Shown: in pieces, positions 43,434 through 45,383 of the stretch
How the letters are laid out: the number at the start of each line of letters is the position of its first letter
Position numbering within the stretch: position 1 is the first letter of the stretch
Source of the DNA: an uncultured Desulfuromonadales bacterium
GTDB taxonomy: Bacteria; Desulfobacterota; Desulfuromonadia; Desulfuromonadales; CAZYXS01
Assembly: GCA_964650955.1 (NCBI GenBank)
Contig: CAZYXS010000005.1
Span: forward strand, 1 to 45,383
DNA: 45,383 nucleotides
Direction of reading: 5' to 3'
Notes under the pieces: model-generated
Database searches by the model: none
Told to the model about the DNA's origin: nothing
The model's input: only the letters and a program-made list of their open reading frames with translations
Program-made: the position numbers and the translations under genes

Positions 43434-44837
43434 ATGAGACATGCAGTGTTCCTTGGCTTGGTTCTGGTCCCCGCCGTGGTCATCCTCGGTTGTGGCGCGG
43501 CGGTCGGGTCGAAATCCACCTCAGCAGCACCTGTGGCCGCCGTGGCGCCGACGGTGGTCGAGAGTCCGAAAACGCCCGCGCCTGTCAAGGCCCCTGAGCC
43601 GGCCCCGGCGGCGGCTGATACCAAGCCGGCCAAGCCGCAGATGTTCGAGCCCGGGTCCTTCGAAGATCCCAAGGTCTGCGCCACCTGCCACAGCAAGATC
43701 TACGAGGAATGGTCTAAGTCCATGCATGCCTATGCCTGGACCGACCCATGGTATCAGCCCGACTTCCTGCTGGCCCATCAGCAGACCAACGGCGCCACCG
43801 ATCTGCTGTGCGGAGCCTGTCATGCTCCCATCGCCGCCCGCACCGGGCAACTGCCCCCCGCCGACGGCAGCAAGTTCGACGAAACCGCCCGCCGCGGCAT
43901 CAGCTGCGATTTCTGCCACACCGTGACCGGCGTCAGCCAGATGTTCAACATGGGGCATATCTCCGAGCCCGGCAACGTCAAGACCGGCCCCCGGGGTGAC
44001 GGCAAATCCCTCTACCACGAGGTGAAAAACAGCGGCATCCACGACAAGGCCGATTTCTGCGGGTCCTGCCACATGGTCATCCACCCGGCCACCGGCGCCC
44101 ACATCATCGACACCTGGGAGGATTGGAAGACCAACGACTACGGCAAGCAGGGGATCACCTGCCAAAACTGCCACATGACCCCGACCCCGGGCATTCAAAA
44201 GACCCCGGGCCGCGCCGCCCTGATGGGCAAGGAGCGGGATAACATCGCCTTCCATGGCTTTCTCGGCGGAAGCTCCTATGCCCAGGACCACATGGGCAAC
44301 AAGAAACAGGCGGAAATGTCCCGCGAGTTCCTGCGCGCGGCGGCCAAACTGCAGGTGGCCGAGAAGGTCAACCCCGACGGGACCCTGGAGCTGACCGTCG
44401 ATGTGCACAACGTCGGCGCCGGGCATAAGATCCCTACCGGCACCACCTACATCCGCATCATGTGGCTGCAGGTCGAAGTGCTCGACAAAGCAGGCAAGGT
44501 GGTCTTCAGCTCCGGGCACGTCGATTCCAAGAACCACGTCGACCCCAACGCAGCCTTTTTCCGCGTGCTGTTCCGCGACGCCGAGGGCAAGCTGACCGGC
44601 AAGAGCTGGCTGGCCCACGGCATCGGCTACGACCGCCGCATCCCCGCCAAGGGGAAGGATACCGAGGTTTACCGCATCCCCCTGCCAGCCAAGGGGGAGT
44701 ATAAAGTCACCACCCGGCTGATGTATCGCTCCATGACCCAGGAATCCCTGGACGAGGTTTTCAAGCGCACCGGCAAACAGTTGCCGCCGGTGGTCAGCGT
44801 GGAGATGGCCAAAGCCCAGACCAAGGTCAGCCTCTAA
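43434..44837 (+). CDS. pentahaem c-type cytochrome lipoprotein with a C-terminal non-haem domain
   Basis: ATG at 43434 after GAAGGAGG. Signal peptide plus lipobox (VVILGCGA) and a Pro/Ala-rich tether. Five CXXCH motifs (CATCH, CGACH, CDFCH, CGSCH, CQNCH). The last ~190 aa have no haem motif. Confidence 0.87.
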   Translation: MRHAVFLGLVLVPAVVILGCGAAVGSKSTSAAPVAAVAPTVVESPKTPAPVKAPEPAPAAADTKPAKPQMFEPGSFEDPKVCATCHSKIYEEWSKSMHAYAWTDPWYQPDFLLAHQQTNGATDLLCGACHAPIAARTGQLPPADGSKFDETARRGISCDFCHTVTGVSQMFNMGHISEPGNVKTGPRGDGKSLYHEVKNSGIHDKADFCGSCHMVIHPATGAHIIDTWEDWKTNDYGKQGITCQNCHMTPTPGIQKTPGRAALMGKERDNIAFHGFLGGSSYAQDHMGNKKQAEMSREFLRAAAKLQVAEKVNPDGTLELTVDVHNVGAGHKIPTGTTYIRIMWLQVEVLDKAGKVVFSSGHVDSKNHVDPNAAFFRVLFRDAEGKLTGKSWLAHGIGYDRRIPAKGKDTEVYRIPLPAKGEYKVTTRLMYRSMTQESLDEVFKRTGKQLPPVVSVEMAKAQTKVSL

Positions 44838-44859
44838 CCATCCAGGTAGCCAGTTCAAT

Positions 44860-44909
44860 GAGCAAAGGGTGCCGATCTCGCGCAGAGATCGACACCCTTT
44901 GCTCGTTTT
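44860..44909 (+). terminator. intrinsic terminator after the cytochrome gene
   Basis: GAGCAAAGGGTG(C)CGATCTC-GCGCA-GAGATCG(A)CACCCTTTGCTC long stem with one mismatch, followed by GTTTT. Confidence 0.8.
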
Positions 44910-44924
44910 GGGGGAGAAACGGTA

Positions 44925-45383
44925 TCAGGGCTGCAGCGGCCAGAACAGCGGCACCGCGAACATGATGATGGCAAACACCACCAGGGTGAGAGGAAATCCG
45001 ACCACGCTATAGTCACGGAATCGGTAGCCGCCCGGGCCCATGACCAGGATGTTGGCCGGGTGGTCGATGGGGGTGAGAAAACTGGCCGAGGAGGCCATCG
45101 CAATGGCCATCAGCAGAGCGTGGGGGGAGAGGTTGGCGGCCGACGCGGTGCTCAGGCGATGGGGGCCATGAGCAGCACCAGGGCGGCGGTGGGGATGATG
45201 CAGGTGGCGGCAAAGGTGAGCACCACCACCGCCCGTATTAAACCGGATATGAGCAGATGGTCAACGGGCATGGGGAACTCCGCAACCAGGGGCGCGCCAC
45301 AGGGCAGGACATCGGTAGCCCTTGCCGGACAGTATATCCAATGACTGAGTATTGGCGAGGGGTTAGGGGCGGGGAAAAGTGAG
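44925..45383 (-). pseudogene. 3' part of an SLC13/DASS-type anion permease gene, running off the window, with an apparent -1 frameshift near 45152-45157
   Basis: The downstream frame gives ...LSTASAANLSPHALLMAIAMASSASFLTPIDHPANILVMGPGGYRFRDY...FWPLQP. The upstream part (...VAEFPMPVDHLLISGLIRAVVVLTFAATCIIPTAALVLLMAPIA) is in a different frame and hits TGA at 45152-45154. Restoring one C joins PIA to LSTAS. Confidence 0.5.

Noticed and set aside
1-45383. Window-wide look for CRISPR arrays, tRNA/rRNA genes, transposases, integrases, phage genes, toxin-antitoxin pairs and known defence-system genes.
   Set aside because: I saw no regularly spaced direct repeats, no cloverleaf-like intergenic sequences and no ORFs with DDE/tyrosine-recombinase, nuclease-NTPase or similar hallmarks. 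The intergenic regions are accounted for by promoters and terminators.

Overview
This is a GC-rich bacterial chromosomal window with about 40 protein-coding genes. I saw no rRNA, tRNA, CRISPR array, transposase, integrase or phage genes. It reads as core chromosome rather than an accessory island. The gene content includes a multihaem c-type cytochrome, an MJ0042-type zinc-ribbon protein, a DUF4388/PATAN-like protein, a sigma-54 activator, FetAB and many receiver/kinase genes. That mix suggests a Desulfuromonadales/Geobacter-like organism, but this is inference only. Left to right, 362-1709 holds SRPBCC, pterin dehydratase and ndk genes. 1820-8531 is an ndk-rlmN...PilF-like TPR-RodZ-like block interrupted by MTA/nucleoside-salvage genes and followed by a zinc-ribbon receiver and a purine nucleoside phosphorylase. 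8657-10876 is a receiver-Usp-receiver/kinase cluster. 10940-18889 holds housekeeping genes: FAD protein, YhaM-like HD nuclease, MBL hydrolase, coaBC, PLC-like protein and family-4 UDG coupled to fetAB. 19343-21997 is an NdvB-like GH17+GT2 beta-1,3-glucan synthase behind a long leader. 22181-30427 holds small hypothetical genes, glycerate kinase, an unlisted 43-aa Cys-rich ORF, MscS, LysR, an orphan NtrC-type activator and nfeD-SPFH. Pyruvate carboxylase is at 30744-34190. 34383-43119 is a tightly packed five-gene minus-strand operon of four histidine kinases plus a stand-alone receiver, with no recognisable output domain. It is divergent from a pentahaem lipoprotein cytochrome (43434-44837). 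The window ends in the 3' part of an SLC13-like permease gene with an apparent frameshift. The best candidate for something undescribed is the output-less multikinase relay, together with a 13-nt motif it shares with the cytochrome promoter. The second candidate is the structured leader of the NdvB-like gene. All domain calls come from motif recognition by eye, and no searches were run. The many very long antisense ORFs in the track are GC-bias shadows.
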